Source: Pyrinomonadaceae bacterium
Lineage (GTDB): Bacteria; Acidobacteriota; Blastocatellia; Pyrinomonadales; Pyrinomonadaceae
Direction of reading: 5' to 3'
Assembly: GCA_036389695.1 (NCBI GenBank)
Contig: DASVWG010000291.1
Span: forward strand, 1-54,452
DNA: 54,452 nt
The notes under the pieces are model-generated. The model had not been told where the DNA came from and made no database searches. It saw nothing but the letters and a program-made list of their open reading frames with translations. Shown one piece after another: positions 20,048-29,915 of this stretch. The translations under genes were made by a program, and so were the position numbers. The number at the start of each line of letters is the position of its first letter. The stretch's first letter is position 1.

Positions 20048-21856
20048 ATGTGGAAAAAAATTTTAGCTTTTCAATTATTAATACTACTGTTGTGCCCGTT
20101 TACAGTTTTCGCGCAGGCGAAACAGAAAATTTCGCTTTTGCTCGTTAACGGAAAAATTTTTACGGCTGACGCGCAGTTTTCAATCGCCGAAGCAGTCGCC
20201 GTCGATGGTGAAAAAATCGTCGCAGTCGGGAAAACAAGCGATTTAAAAGCCAGATTTCAGGCGACGCGCGAAATCGATTTGCAGGGAAAGCTCGTGACGC
20301 CGGGATTTAACGACGCGCACGTTCATTTTTTGCGCGGCGCGCTGGCGCTTCTGACCGTGAATCTGCTCGACGCCAAATCGGTCGAAGAAGCAAAAGCGCG
20401 CGTCGCGGCGAAGGCGAAGGAAGTAAAGCCCGGCGAATGGATTTTCGGGCGCGGCTGGGACCACACCGTCTGGAAACAAAATTTTCCGACGAAAAAAGAT
20501 TTGGACGCCGTCGCGCCGAATAATCCGGTTTATCTGGTTCGCGTCGACGGTCACGTCGCCTGGGTAAATTCGGCGGCTTTGAAACTGGCTGGCATCGACC
20601 GCACCACGCCGAACCCGGAAGGCGGCGAGATTGAAAAGGACGCTGCCGGAGAGCCGACCGGAATTTTGAAGGAAACCGCGCAGAGCCTCGTCGCGCGCCT
20701 GATTCCGCAGCCCGACCGACCGACGCTTTTTCGCGGGCTGGAAACCGCGCTCGACATGGCGCGGCGCTACGGCATTACTTCCGTGCAGGACAATTCCGGC
20801 TACGAAACGACGAAGCTTTACCGCGCGTTTTTGCAGCAGGACAAATTGACCGTGCGCGTTTCGGAATGGCAGGATTTTGAAGATTCGATTGAAAAATTAA
20901 AACAGCAGCGCGCCGAGTTCGCCTCGTTTAAAGACAACCCGTCGCGTTTGAAATTGGGCGCTTTAAAAGGTTATGTCGACGGGACTTTAGGCTCGAAAAC
21001 CGCCGCGATGCTCGCGCCTTTTTCCGACGACGCGGGCAATTCCGGCATCCCGCGCCGCCCGGCGGAAGAATTGACCAAGATGATTGTCGAGCGCGATAAG
21101 GAAGGTTTACAAATCGCGCTTCACGCCATCGGCGACCGCGCGAACCGTATGGCGCTGGACGGATTTGAAGCGGCGAGAAAGCCCGTTAAGACGGCGCAAA
21201 ATGACAAAAATGCGCCGAAAGGACTTTTTACCGTTTACGACGTGCAAACGATAAAAGTGTCGGAATTTACTTTCAGCGCAAATTCAGGGCACGGCATTTC
21301 GCCGCAAGACTACGTCAATCCGCGGCGGCATCGCATCGAACACGCGCAGGTTATCAGCCCATCGGATTTTAAGCGTTTCGGCGAGCTCGGCATTATCGCT
21401 TCGATGCAGCCTTCGCACGCGATTTCCGATAAGCGCTGGGCGGAATCTCGCCTGGGCGAATATCGCGTTTTGGGCGCGTATGCGTGGCATTTTATGAAAT
21501 CTTACGGCGTTCACGTGCCGTTCGGAACGGATTTTCCGGTCGAGCCGATAAATCCGTATAACACGCTCTACGCCGCCGTTTCGCGCCAAGATGTCGAAGG
21601 CGACCCGATTGGCGGCTGGCAGCCGCAGGAGCGCCTGACGATGGCGGAAGCGATTCGCTGTCACACATACGAGTCCGCATTTGCGGAATTTTCCGAAAAC
21701 GAAAAAGGCGAAATAAAAACGGGAATGCTGGCTGATTTGGTCGTCCATTCCAAAGATTTGCTGACGATTGAGCCGAAAGAAATTTTAACGACCGAACCCG
21801 TTTTCACGATTTTTAACGGTAAGGTGGTTTACGAAAGTCAGAACCGCCTGCGGTAG
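20048..21856 (+). CDS. Secreted amidohydrolase family protein (amidohydrolase-3 / YtcJ-like)
   Basis: Signal peptide; PGFNDAHVHF HxH metal site, LHAIGD, RIEHAQ, GTDFPVE; last 6 codons plus stop lie in the 29-bp inverted-repeat arm. Confidence 0.8.
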   Translation: MWKKILAFQLLILLLCPFTVFAQAKQKISLLLVNGKIFTADAQFSIAEAVAVDGEKIVAVGKTSDLKARFQATREIDLQGKLVTPGFNDAHVHFLRGALALLTVNLLDAKSVEEAKARVAAKAKEVKPGEWIFGRGWDHTVWKQNFPTKKDLDAVAPNNPVYLVRVDGHVAWVNSAALKLAGIDRTTPNPEGGEIEKDAAGEPTGILKETAQSLVARLIPQPDRPTLFRGLETALDMARRYGITSVQDNSGYETTKLYRAFLQQDKLTVRVSEWQDFEDSIEKLKQQRAEFASFKDNPSRLKLGALKGYVDGTLGSKTAAMLAPFSDDAGNSGIPRRPAEELTKMIVERDKEGLQIALHAIGDRANRMALDGFEAARKPVKTAQNDKNAPKGLFTVYDVQTIKVSEFTFSANSGHGISPQDYVNPRRHRIEHAQVISPSDFKRFGELGIIASMQPSHAISDKRWAESRLGEYRVLGAYAWHFMKSYGVHVPFGTDFPVEPINPYNTLYAAVSRQDVEGDPIGGWQPQERLTMAEAIRCHTYESAFAEFSENEKGEIKTGMLADLVVHSKDLLTIEPKEILTTEPVFTIFNGKVVYESQNRLR

Positions 21857-21951
21857 CGGGCGGTTTAACGCAGCCGTTCAAAACGTAAAAATAAATTCAA
21901 ACGTCTGAAACGCTAAACTTCAACCGCCCGCTACCGCAGGCGGTTCTGACT
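21836..21951. repeat. 30-bp perfect inverted repeat, REPIN-like doublet
   Basis: AGTCAGAACCGCCTGCGGTAGCGGGCGGTT / reverse complement at 21922-21951; each arm is itself a small hairpin (AACCGCC..GGCGGTT) and contains GTAG; overlaps both convergent stop codons. Confidence 0.9.
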
Positions 21952-22954
21952 AAGCCATCGCGCCGCCGCAGCTTGAGCCTGCGCCGGCGGTGCAGCCGAA
22001 GCAATGCGCGGCGGTTCTGATTTCGCGGTTGGTAAAGATTTCGGGCGTAAAATCGAAAATCGTCTGCGGCAAGCGGTCGTCAACGCCGATTTCCAGCATT
22101 TGATTAAAGTCGCAGTCGTAGAGAAACCCGCGCCAATCCACGCTCAGCGTGTTGCGGCACATCAGCCCCGCGACCGTCGCCGGATTAAAGGCGTTAATCA
22201 GCTTCTGCATATAGCTTTCTTCATTTTTCGTGCGACGGAGCCAATCCAGAAAACGCGCAATCGGCATATTCGTAATCGTGTAGAGATTGTTGAAATGCAG
22301 ATTGTAGCGGTTTTTCAGCTCGCGTTTGAAATCGGCTTCGATTGAGCTTTGCGCGGGCGGCAGAAATGCGCCGACCGGATTGTAAACAAGGTTCAAAATC
22401 AGGCGGCTGCCTTCGAAGCCGTAGCCGAAATCGTTCAAACGCTTTATCGCTTCGATGCTTTTTTCAAAAACGCCCGCGCCGCGCTGCGCGTCCGTCTGCT
22501 GCGGCAAAAAATACGGCAGGCTCGACACGACCTCGACTTCGTTTTCCGAAAAAAATCCGGGCAAATCCGCCTGCTGCGGCTCGAACATCACGGTCAGATT
22601 GTGCCTGACCATTATGCGCGCGCCGGTTTTTCGCGCCTCGGTGACCAGATAGCGAAACGACGGATTCAGTTCCGGCGCGCCGCCGGTAATGTCGAGCGTC
22701 GGAATCCGAAAGCCGCGCAGAACGTTCAGACAGGCTTCGACGGTTTCCGCCGCCATAATTTCCGTGCGTTTCGGGCTGGCATCGACGTGACAATGCTTAC
22801 AGGCTTGATTGCAGAGTTTTCCGACATTGATTTGCAAAATATCAACGCCGGTCGAGCGCAGCTCCAAGCCGTGTGCGCCGAGTTTATCGTCAAAACCGAC
22901 GGACGATTGCGGCAGTGCGGTCTTGCCGTGGCGGGTGATTTGAACAGCTTGCAT
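21950..22954 (-). CDS. arsS: Radical SAM/Cys-rich domain protein, ArsS-type (arsenosugar biosynthesis family)
   Basis: CNQACKHC radical-SAM cluster, TLDITGGAPELNP, C-terminal CFGCTAGAGSSCGG (Cys, not Sec, form). Confidence 0.8.
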   Translation of the reverse strand: MQAVQITRHGKTALPQSSVGFDDKLGAHGLELRSTGVDILQINVGKLCNQACKHCHVDASPKRTEIMAAETVEACLNVLRGFRIPTLDITGGAPELNPSFRYLVTEARKTGARIMVRHNLTVMFEPQQADLPGFFSENEVEVVSSLPYFLPQQTDAQRGAGVFEKSIEAIKRLNDFGYGFEGSRLILNLVYNPVGAFLPPAQSSIEADFKRELKNRYNLHFNNLYTITNMPIARFLDWLRRTKNEESYMQKLINAFNPATVAGLMCRNTLSVDWRGFLYDCDFNQMLEIGVDDRLPQTIFDFTPEIFTNREIRTAAHCFGCTAGAGSSCGGAMA

Positions 22955-22957
22955 ATT

Positions 22958-23353
22958 TTAGCTAATGTCCCGGATTTCAGAAATTTTGCCGTCGGCGAAG
23001 CGAAAAATTGATTTACCTTTTAGTTTGATTCGGTCGCCCGCTTTTAATCCGTTCGGCAAATCGGCGGCGATTGTGCCGCGGTAATCGATATTGACTTCGC
23101 AGCCGTCGGCGCTGAAAGCAAAATCCTCGATTTTTTGCGTTCTTTCGGTGAAAATTTTCGCCGCCTGTTCCGCTTGCTCTTTAAAAGCTTCGATTCCTTT
23201 TATCTCAAGCGTCACTTCGCCGTTTGAGACGTTTTCGAAAACTATCCGGTCGTGCAGAACCGACAACATTCGCGCGACATCGAAACGGTTGTAAGCCTGA
23301 ACGTAAGTTTCCACCAGTTTCTTCTTTTTCTCTTCGTCAAACATAAATTTCAA
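22958..23353 (-). CDS. NTF2/SnoaL-like small protein
   Basis: 131 aa; YVQAYNRFDVARMLSVLHDRIVFENV pattern; 3-nt gap to arsS. Confidence 0.55.
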   Translation of the reverse strand: MKFMFDEEKKKKLVETYVQAYNRFDVARMLSVLHDRIVFENVSNGEVTLEIKGIEAFKEQAEQAAKIFTERTQKIEDFAFSADGCEVNIDYRGTIAADLPNGLKAGDRIKLKGKSIFRFADGKISEIRDIS

Positions 23354-23359
23354 CGCCGG

Positions 23360-23689
23360 CTACATCGAAATTTTATCGTGGACGTTGTGCGATTGGATGC
23401 CGTGAATCAGGCTCGCGCCGCCGCGAATTGCCGAAGCCAGATGAATCGCCTCGGTCATCTGCTCCATATTCGAGCCGTTTTCCAGCGACGACTGCGTGTA
23501 GGCGTCGATGCAGTACGGACATTGCACGGTTACGGCGACCGCCAGACCAATCAGCGCCTTTTCGCGCCGTGAAAGCGCGCCGTCTTCCTGACAAGCCTGA
23601 TACCAAGCCATAAATTTTTCAAAAAGCTCGGGTTTGGTTTTCCCGATTTCACCAAATCGCGCTAAATCTTCTTCGTTGTAATAGTGCAT
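23360..23689 (-). CDS. Carboxymuconolactone decarboxylase/AhpD-like, arsenosugar-associated peroxidase-like protein
   Basis: 109 aa; ALIGLAVAVTVQCPYCIDAY CxxC motif of AhpD/CMD fold; linked to arsS. Confidence 0.75.
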   Translation of the reverse strand: MHYYNEEDLARFGEIGKTKPELFEKFMAWYQACQEDGALSRREKALIGLAVAVTVQCPYCIDAYTQSSLENGSNMEQMTEAIHLASAIRGGASLIHGIQSHNVHDKISM

Positions 23690-23694
23690 ATTTA

Positions 23695-24192
23695 TTAGTT
23701 TCGGTTTAATTTTTCAAATTCAAATTTCACCAGAAATTTTTCGATTTGTCGTCTGTGCCGCAAAACGTGAACAATCGCGTGTTCGAGCAATTGTTCGAGG
23801 TCGTAGGTTACGCCCCAGCTTGAATTAATGACGATTTTCGAAATTTCGTCCTCAGTCATTTCCCATTTTCCGTCCAGCGTTTCGCCGGTATAAGCGAGCA
23901 TTTTATCAATCGCCCAGCCGATTTCCGCGTGAGAAATAATTTCGCGCGGAACGGGTTCGGCGGGAATCGAAAACTGCGCGCGAATATAGTTTGCATAGCT
24001 GTAGCCAGCCATGACGACGTGGCGCGAAACGGTTTGAATCGAGCGGCAATCTTCATCAAGGGTTTCGGCGTCGGCAATCCGCGTAAACTCGTCTTCGCCG
24101 ATTTCGCGAAGCAAGGATTGAAGCTCAAGCGCGGCGCGCTCGTATTCGTCCAACATCGCGCCGACGGCGCCCGTGCGAAAAATTTTTGGCAT
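23695..24192 (-). CDS. DinB-fold family protein
   Basis: 165 aa four-helix-type pattern with His residues (RHVVMAGY ... EHAIVHVLRHRRQI). Confidence 0.6.
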   Translation of the reverse strand: MPKIFRTGAVGAMLDEYERAALELQSLLREIGEDEFTRIADAETLDEDCRSIQTVSRHVVMAGYSYANYIRAQFSIPAEPVPREIISHAEIGWAIDKMLAYTGETLDGKWEMTEDEISKIVINSSWGVTYDLEQLLEHAIVHVLRHRRQIEKFLVKFEFEKLNRN

Positions 24193-24237
24193 CTATTTTT
24201 CTTAAAAGCGGCAAAAGTTATAAAATTTCTGTCGGAA

Positions 24238-24918
24238 ATGAAACGCGCAGTTATCATCATGGCGAAAGCGCCGCTTGCCGGAACGGTCAAAACCAGACTT
24301 CAACCATACTTTTCCGCCGCCGAATGCGCGCAGCTTGCCGCGTGTTTCCTAAACGACGCGATAAACAAAGCAAAAACACTAAAAACTGAATTAATTTTAG
24401 CATATTCGCCCGCCGGAGAAACAGATTATTTCCGCGCGTTGGCGGATGAAAAAACGTCTCTGGTCGAGCAAAAAGGCGACAATCTGGGCGAAAAAATGTT
24501 TTCCGCCTTCGAGTTCGCTTTCGCGCAAAATGCCGATGCGGCAGTGATGATTGGGACGGACAGCCCGACGTTTCCGGAAGATTTTATCGAACAGGCATTT
24601 GAGTTTCTCGAAATTAACTCCGACGCCGTTCTGGGAAAAACCGAAGACGGCGGATTTTATTTGATTGGCTTGCGAAAACCGGACGCGAGAATTTTTGAAA
24701 GGGTTAAATGGAGCTCGCCGCAAGCTTTCGCACAGGTGCGCGAAAATATCATGAATCTGAACTGGCACCTGCGCGAAGTTCCGGGCTGGTATGACGTCGA
24801 CGAGCCGAAGGATTTCGAGCAATTAAGAAACGAATTTCTGAACAACAAAAACGCCCGTAAACGCGCGCCGCAAACTTTTGAATGGATTATGAAAAATATA
24901 AATAAAAACGCGGCATGA
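24238..24918 (+). CDS. DUF2064 glycosyltransferase-like protein (rSAM/selenodomain-associated transferase, arsenosugar family)
   Basis: AVIIMAKAPLAGTVKTRL N-terminus, DSP motif (IGTDSPTFP); start trimmed to ATG 24238 because the 23929 extension is antisense to the DinB gene. Confidence 0.75.
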   Translation: MKRAVIIMAKAPLAGTVKTRLQPYFSAAECAQLAACFLNDAINKAKTLKTELILAYSPAGETDYFRALADEKTSLVEQKGDNLGEKMFSAFEFAFAQNADAAVMIGTDSPTFPEDFIEQAFEFLEINSDAVLGKTEDGGFYLIGLRKPDARIFERVKWSSPQAFAQVRENIMNLNWHLREVPGWYDVDEPKDFEQLRNEFLNNKNARKRAPQTFEWIMKNINKNAA

Positions 24919-25111
24919 AATGTAGGGGCACGCCCGCGTGCCTGCCCAATGAGCGTAGCGAATAAGTTTAAGAAATTAGCCACGAAATTTCACGAAAAAA
25001 CACGAAATAAATCATAAAAATATTTCGTGTTTTTTTCGTGTTCTTTCGTGGCTAATCGTTTTTCGCGCTGCCAGCACTCATTGGGCAGGCACAAGACCTG
25101 CCCCTACATTT
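24918..25111. repeat. Composite: outer REPIN-like doublet enclosing an inner CACGAAA-family hairpin
   Basis: Outer AAATGTAGGGGCA-N7/8-TGCCTGCCCAATGAG in inverted copies (24918-24953, 25077-25111); inner TTAGCCACGAAATTTCACGAAAAAACACGAAAT (24976-25008) / reverse complement-like arm to 25055. Confidence 0.85.
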
Positions 25112-26201
25112 CTATGTAAACTCTCTCGGTTTCTTCAATCATTCGTTCTAACGAAAAATTTTCGGCGGCGAATTCCTGCGCTTGTTTGCCGAGCTTTGTT
25201 CGCAGAGTTTCATCGGTTAAAAGTTTGCCGATTGCTTCGGCTAAAGCGACAGGTTCTTGAATCGGAACAAGCAAACCGGTTTCGCCGTCGCGGAGGATTT
25301 CCTTCGCGCCTTCAGTGGCGGTGGCGGCAATCGGCGTCGCGCTTGCCATCGCTTCCAGAATTGCCAGACCGAAGCTTTCCGAGTGCGAGGCGGAGACGAA
25401 AACGTCGAGCGCGTGCAGGAGCGGCGCGGTTTCTTCGACCCAGTCGAGCCAGAGAAAACGGTTTTCGAGATTGAAAATTTTGACCAGCCGTTTCAGCTCG
25501 CTTCGGAAATTTTGATTGACGGAATTATCTTTGCCGACGATGACAAAATGTGCTCCGGCGAATTTTTCAGCGACGATTTTCGCCGCCAGAACGAAATCGC
25601 GCTGACCTTTTAAAAGCTTCAATTCGCCGATTGTGCCGATTAACAGAGCGTCAAAGGAAATATTGTGTTCAAAGCGAAATTCCCGGCGCAGGCTTTCGCG
25701 ATTGGCGTTTGACCACGTTTCGGTTTCGATTCCGTTCGGGACGATTCGAATTTTTTCTTTCGGAAAAATCGTTTCCATCTCGCCGGCGACCGGTTCGGAA
25801 ACGGCGATGACTCTGGCGACGTTTTTTAAGGCGAAGCGGTGAAAAGGCTTCATCGGGAAAAGGACGTGGCGCGTTAAAACGAGCTTCGGCGTTTTCGCGA
25901 TGCGGCAGGCGAGACTCGCCGGCAGGTAATCGCGGGCGACGTGGGCGTGGATGATTTCGACGTTTTTTTCGCGGACGAACTCGGCGATGCGCTGCGCGCT
26001 GAAGATGCCGAAAGAATTTCGTATCGAAACGTGCATAAAATTTTCGGGCGGCAAAAAGTCGAATTTTTCCTGCCATTTGTTGGTCGGGCGCAGGGCAATG
26101 AAGATTTCGTGACCGCGAGCCGCCAAGCCGCGACACAAATCGACCAGATGCTTTTCGCCGCCGCCAAAATTTCTTGCCGATGAGATTTGCAGAATTCTCA
26201 T
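25104..26201 (-). CDS. Glycosyltransferase family 4 (GT-B)
   Basis: MRILQISSARNFGGGEKHL N-terminus, C-terminal SHSESFGLAILEAMASATP (E-x7-E); start trimmed to ATG 26201; stop TAG lies in a repeat arm. Confidence 0.8.
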   Translation of the reverse strand: MRILQISSARNFGGGEKHLVDLCRGLAARGHEIFIALRPTNKWQEKFDFLPPENFMHVSIRNSFGIFSAQRIAEFVREKNVEIIHAHVARDYLPASLACRIAKTPKLVLTRHVLFPMKPFHRFALKNVARVIAVSEPVAGEMETIFPKEKIRIVPNGIETETWSNANRESLRREFRFEHNISFDALLIGTIGELKLLKGQRDFVLAAKIVAEKFAGAHFVIVGKDNSVNQNFRSELKRLVKIFNLENRFLWLDWVEETAPLLHALDVFVSASHSESFGLAILEAMASATPIAATATEGAKEILRDGETGLLVPIQEPVALAEAIGKLLTDETLRTKLGKQAQEFAAENFSLERMIEETERVYIEM

Positions 26202-26239
26202 TCGTAAATCGTAAAACGGAAATCCGAAATCGGCAATCG

Positions 26240-26276
26240 AAAATAAAAATGGCGCGTTTCCCGAAGGAAACGCGCC
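26240..26276 (-). terminator. Intrinsic terminator after the TonB-dependent receptor
   Basis: GGCGCGTTTCC-CGAA-GGAAACGCGCC (26251-26276), followed on the minus strand by ATTTTTATTTT. Confidence 0.8.
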
Positions 26277-26304
26277 GCAAAGGTTTTTCCCCAGTGAGGA
26301 AAAA

Positions 26305-29300
26305 CTAAAATTGAAAACGCGCCGCAAATTGAATTTGGCGTTCGCGATACAAAGTGCTGTCGGTCGTCGTGATGTCGCCGAAAGTCTGTCTGCCGGTCGT
26401 ATCTTTCGTCAAACTCAAATTGGTTCCGCTTCTGGTATAAAGCGACGAACTGACGCCGAAAACTTGCGTGCGGTTTGCCACATTGAAGGCTTCGCCCAGA
26501 AGTTCGAGATTCATAGTTTCCGTGAATCTGAACCGTTTCGAGAGACGTAAATCCAGATTGTGCAGGCTCGGCAGGCGATAAGCGTTGCGCGGATTCAAAG
26601 GAAATCGCGCGTCGCCCTGGCTATTGTTCAAGCTCGCTCCGGAAACGGTCGCATCAAACGGACGACCCGAATAGAAGGTATAAATCGGAGCGATTGACCA
26701 GCCGTTCAGAACGTAATTGTAGAACGAACCCGTGTTTCCTCCTCTGTAAAGCGTCGGAGCATAGACGGCGCTGACGACGACTTTATGACGCACGTCAAAG
26801 TTGCTCGGACCGCGGTCGTAGCTGCGGTCGAACGGGTCATAAGGACTTTGCGTCTGCGTAAAGGTCGCCGAGTTCTGGTTCGTATCCGTGGATTTTGCCA
26901 GAGTGTAGCTGGCTTGAACCTGTAAGCCGTCGGTAAAGCGGCGATTCGCCTGGAAGACGAGCGCGTTGTATTCGGACTTAACGTTGCTCTGGATTTGCGT
27001 CATTGCATTGGTTCCGATGACGCGATTGTAGAGCGGCAGCTGAAAGCTTTGTCCGGCAAACGGTCCGTCGATAACGCTAAAGGTCGTCGTGCCGGTGCGC
27101 TGGTAATTTAAGTCGACGAAGGTCGGCAGATTGCGTCCCAGGCTTCCGACATAAGAAATTGAAACGACTGTATTTCTCATCACCTGACGTTCGAGAATAA
27201 TGTCGTACTGGTGAATTTTCGGCGCTTGAAAGTTTCTTTCGAAGAACTGAACCGCGCCCTGGCTGAAGGTGAGTGAGCTCTGCGGCAGAACGTTCGGGAA
27301 AATCGGAGCGGTTGCCGCCGTCGGCGCGATGCTGACCTGTGCCTGCCCGCCCGGATTTCCGGTGTTGACATAGGCATTGTAAATCGTCGAATTCTGGATG
27401 CGACCGAAATAAATTCCGTAGCCGCCGCGAATGCTGGTTTTGCCGTCGCCGAAAATGTCGTAGGCGAAACCGACGCGCGGTCCGAAATTGTTTCTGTCGT
27501 CCGGCAGCGTGGAAGTAGCTTCCGCCAGAGTTCTCAAATCGTTCGGAATAATGGTCGTGCTCGTGCTCGGCAATACCGCGTCGGGCAGAGAGATGTATTC
27601 GTAGCGCAAGCCCATATTGACCGTCAGACGCGGCGTGATGCGAAAGTCGTCCTGAACGAAAAAGTTATAATCGTAGGTCGTGAATTTCAGTCCGGGTGAA
27701 CCGACGCCCTGCTGGAAGTTGCTGGTGTAGCAGCGTCCGGCGACACGCGTCGGGTTCGCCGCGCAGGTCGGAATAGTTCCGGTGAACGGCGACAGGTAGT
27801 TCAAATAGTCGATAATGAAGTCAGCCGTATTGTTATACGAATAAGCGCCGGCTTCAAAGCGAAGATTTTCGATGTCGTCGGTGACGCGGTTGATGTCGCC
27901 GCCGAACTTGATGGTGTGGCGACCTTTCGTCCAGGTGACCGTGTCGGCAAACTGGATACGGCGCTCGTCAGGGAATTTCGAACGTTCAAGAAAAGTCGGC
28001 GTTCCAAATTCGAGACCGTTGGTGATAAAGACGTTCGGCGCGCGAGTGCCGCCGAGAACGGTGCTGGATGTCGGCGGTTCGCCCTGCAGCGGCGCGGTGC
28101 TGAACTGCGATTCAAAGTCGCGTCCCCACTGAAAGCGGGCTTCGTTCAGCATACTCGGCGAAATGGTCGATTGCAGACGCGCGTTGACCGAATCGACTTC
28201 GACGAAATCATCGCCGAAATTCGAGCGGCTGCGGAAATTGACGGCTTGCGTCTGAACGCCGTTCGGCGATTCCCAGCGCAGGCGGTTGTAGCTGATGCTG
28301 AACAGATTGTTGTTGTTGACCTGCCAGTCGATTTTCGGCAGGAACAATTTCTGGTCGCCCTTGCGCGGCGTCTCGCCCGTAAAGTTGCGAACGACGTTCA
28401 GAACGTTGTTTGCCTGCGCCTGCGAGATGTTGCGGCACGCCAGAAGTTGTCCGGCGGTCAATTGCGCAAAAGGACTGTTACAGGTCAGCGAGCCGGTCGG
28501 CAGAGCGACGTTTACGTTAAAAAACGTCGGCGAGCTGGTCGAGGAAAGACCGGGGAAATTGCGACGCTGCTGGTCGTAGCTGAAGAAAAAGAACAAACGG
28601 TCTTTAATAATCGGACCGCCGATGGTTCCGCCGAACTGCTCGCGCAAATCGACAGGTTTCGCCGCAAGGGTCGTCGGCACGCCGTTTACCAGAACGTTCT
28701 GGAACGCGCGCGGGTTGCGCGCGCCGTTGCGGTTGTTGCGGTTGTAATAGAACAAATCGCCGTGAAACTCGTTGGTTCCGCTCTTGGTGACGGTGTTGAT
28801 AACGCCGCCGGCGGCGCGACCGTATTCGGCTGAATAGTTTGAGCCGTTAATCTGAAACTCGCGCACCGCCGATTGGCTGATAACGTAGTTGATGCGCGTG
28901 CGTCCGCGTTCTTCGGAGAAAAACGCCTGATTGTTATCGCCGCCGTCCACGGTACTGTTGTTGAGCAAGCCGGAGATGCCGCGGAAGCTAATCAAACCGA
29001 AAGTTCCGTCCGGCACGGTCGAAGGCGCTAATAAAGCAAAGTTTGAAGCGCGGCGACCGTTAATCGGCAATTCGTTGATTGATACCTGGTTGATGTTCGT
29101 CGCATTCGAGTTGTCGTTGGTGTTGATAACCGGAGCTTCCGCCGTCACTTCGACATTGGCGGTTTGCCCGGTCACGCCCAATTGAACCTCAATCGGCGTT
29201 ACCTGACCGACTTCGACGACGACTCTTTCCTGCGTAAAAGCGGCAAAGCCGGAAGCCGTCGCTTTCAGCGAATAAACTCCGGGTTGAAGGTTGCTGAAAC

Positions 29301-29541
29301 GATAACCGCCGTCGCCGTCGGTCGTTATGTCCTGAGTTTGATTCGTTCCGGTGTTGGTAATCGTCACGGTCGCATTCGGCACGATCGCGCCCTGCGCGTC
29401 GGTCACGGTGCCGCGAATGCCGCCCGTTACGGTTGATTGTGCCGCAGCTTGCCCGATGCCTAACGCGAGACAAAAGACAGCCAGCATAAAAAAGCGTATC
29501 GAACTAGAAAATAAATTTTTAGTCATTCTCTCTGACCTCAT
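26305..29541 (-). CDS. TonB-dependent receptor with N-terminal carboxypeptidase-regulatory-like domain
   Basis: 1078 aa; signal peptide, GTVTDAQGAIVPNATVTITNTGTNQ...GGYRFSNLQPGVYSL, plug and barrel, terminal FAARFQF; alternative start ATG 29526. Confidence 0.88.
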   Translation of the reverse strand: MRSERMTKNLFSSSIRFFMLAVFCLALGIGQAAAQSTVTGGIRGTVTDAQGAIVPNATVTITNTGTNQTQDITTDGDGGYRFSNLQPGVYSLKATASGFAAFTQERVVVEVGQVTPIEVQLGVTGQTANVEVTAEAPVINTNDNSNATNINQVSINELPINGRRASNFALLAPSTVPDGTFGLISFRGISGLLNNSTVDGGDNNQAFFSEERGRTRINYVISQSAVREFQINGSNYSAEYGRAAGGVINTVTKSGTNEFHGDLFYYNRNNRNGARNPRAFQNVLVNGVPTTLAAKPVDLREQFGGTIGGPIIKDRLFFFFSYDQQRRNFPGLSSTSSPTFFNVNVALPTGSLTCNSPFAQLTAGQLLACRNISQAQANNVLNVVRNFTGETPRKGDQKLFLPKIDWQVNNNNLFSISYNRLRWESPNGVQTQAVNFRSRSNFGDDFVEVDSVNARLQSTISPSMLNEARFQWGRDFESQFSTAPLQGEPPTSSTVLGGTRAPNVFITNGLEFGTPTFLERSKFPDERRIQFADTVTWTKGRHTIKFGGDINRVTDDIENLRFEAGAYSYNNTADFIIDYLNYLSPFTGTIPTCAANPTRVAGRCYTSNFQQGVGSPGLKFTTYDYNFFVQDDFRITPRLTVNMGLRYEYISLPDAVLPSTSTTIIPNDLRTLAEATSTLPDDRNNFGPRVGFAYDIFGDGKTSIRGGYGIYFGRIQNSTIYNAYVNTGNPGGQAQVSIAPTAATAPIFPNVLPQSSLTFSQGAVQFFERNFQAPKIHQYDIILERQVMRNTVVSISYVGSLGRNLPTFVDLNYQRTGTTTFSVIDGPFAGQSFQLPLYNRVIGTNAMTQIQSNVKSEYNALVFQANRRFTDGLQVQASYTLAKSTDTNQNSATFTQTQSPYDPFDRSYDRGPSNFDVRHKVVVSAVYAPTLYRGGNTGSFYNYVLNGWSIAPIYTFYSGRPFDATVSGASLNNSQGDARFPLNPRNAYRLPSLHNLDLRLSKRFRFTETMNLELLGEAFNVANRTQVFGVSSSLYTRSGTNLSLTKDTTGRQTFGDITTTDSTLYRERQIQFAARFQF

Positions 29542-29890
29542 ATTTTGAAATAGAAATTTAGAAACAAAATTACGTGTTGGTTGGAAACATCTTAATTTTT
29601 GGATTTTGAATTTTAGTTTTTGGATTTTGTCACGAAGAATTTTTTACGCAACTCAAAGTCAAAATTCCGAATCGGCTTTCGTTGAACTTTCCAACTTGTT
29701 GAAAACTCACACAATTAGCACTTTCATAACACCCGCTATGAAAATATTTTTTGCCAAATTGTGGGTTTACACTGAAAGACCATAAAATTTTAAGCAATTT
29801 AAGTTCCTAAAATTTCAGTCTTTCCGCATAAATTTATTATCGCGGCGGCTGATTAAATCGCTGTGACGGCGGGCGCGGCGGACGGGCGCG

Positions 29891-29915
29891 GAAAGTTTTG
29901 TAAATAATTGTAAAA
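29891..29915 (+). promoter_or_regulatory. GAAAGTTTTGTAAATAATTGTAAAA motif (GTAAA-N5-GTAAA direct repeat), copy 1
   Basis: Near-identical to 30795-30818; adjacent to the GC-rich block CGGCGGGCGCGG. Confidence 0.3.

Noticed and set aside
21950-22954. Possibility that the ArsS homolog is a selenoprotein, as some family members are.
   Set aside because: The C-terminal motif reads GSSCGG with Cys at the position that is Sec in selenoprotein forms. There is no in-frame TGA before the TAG stop.
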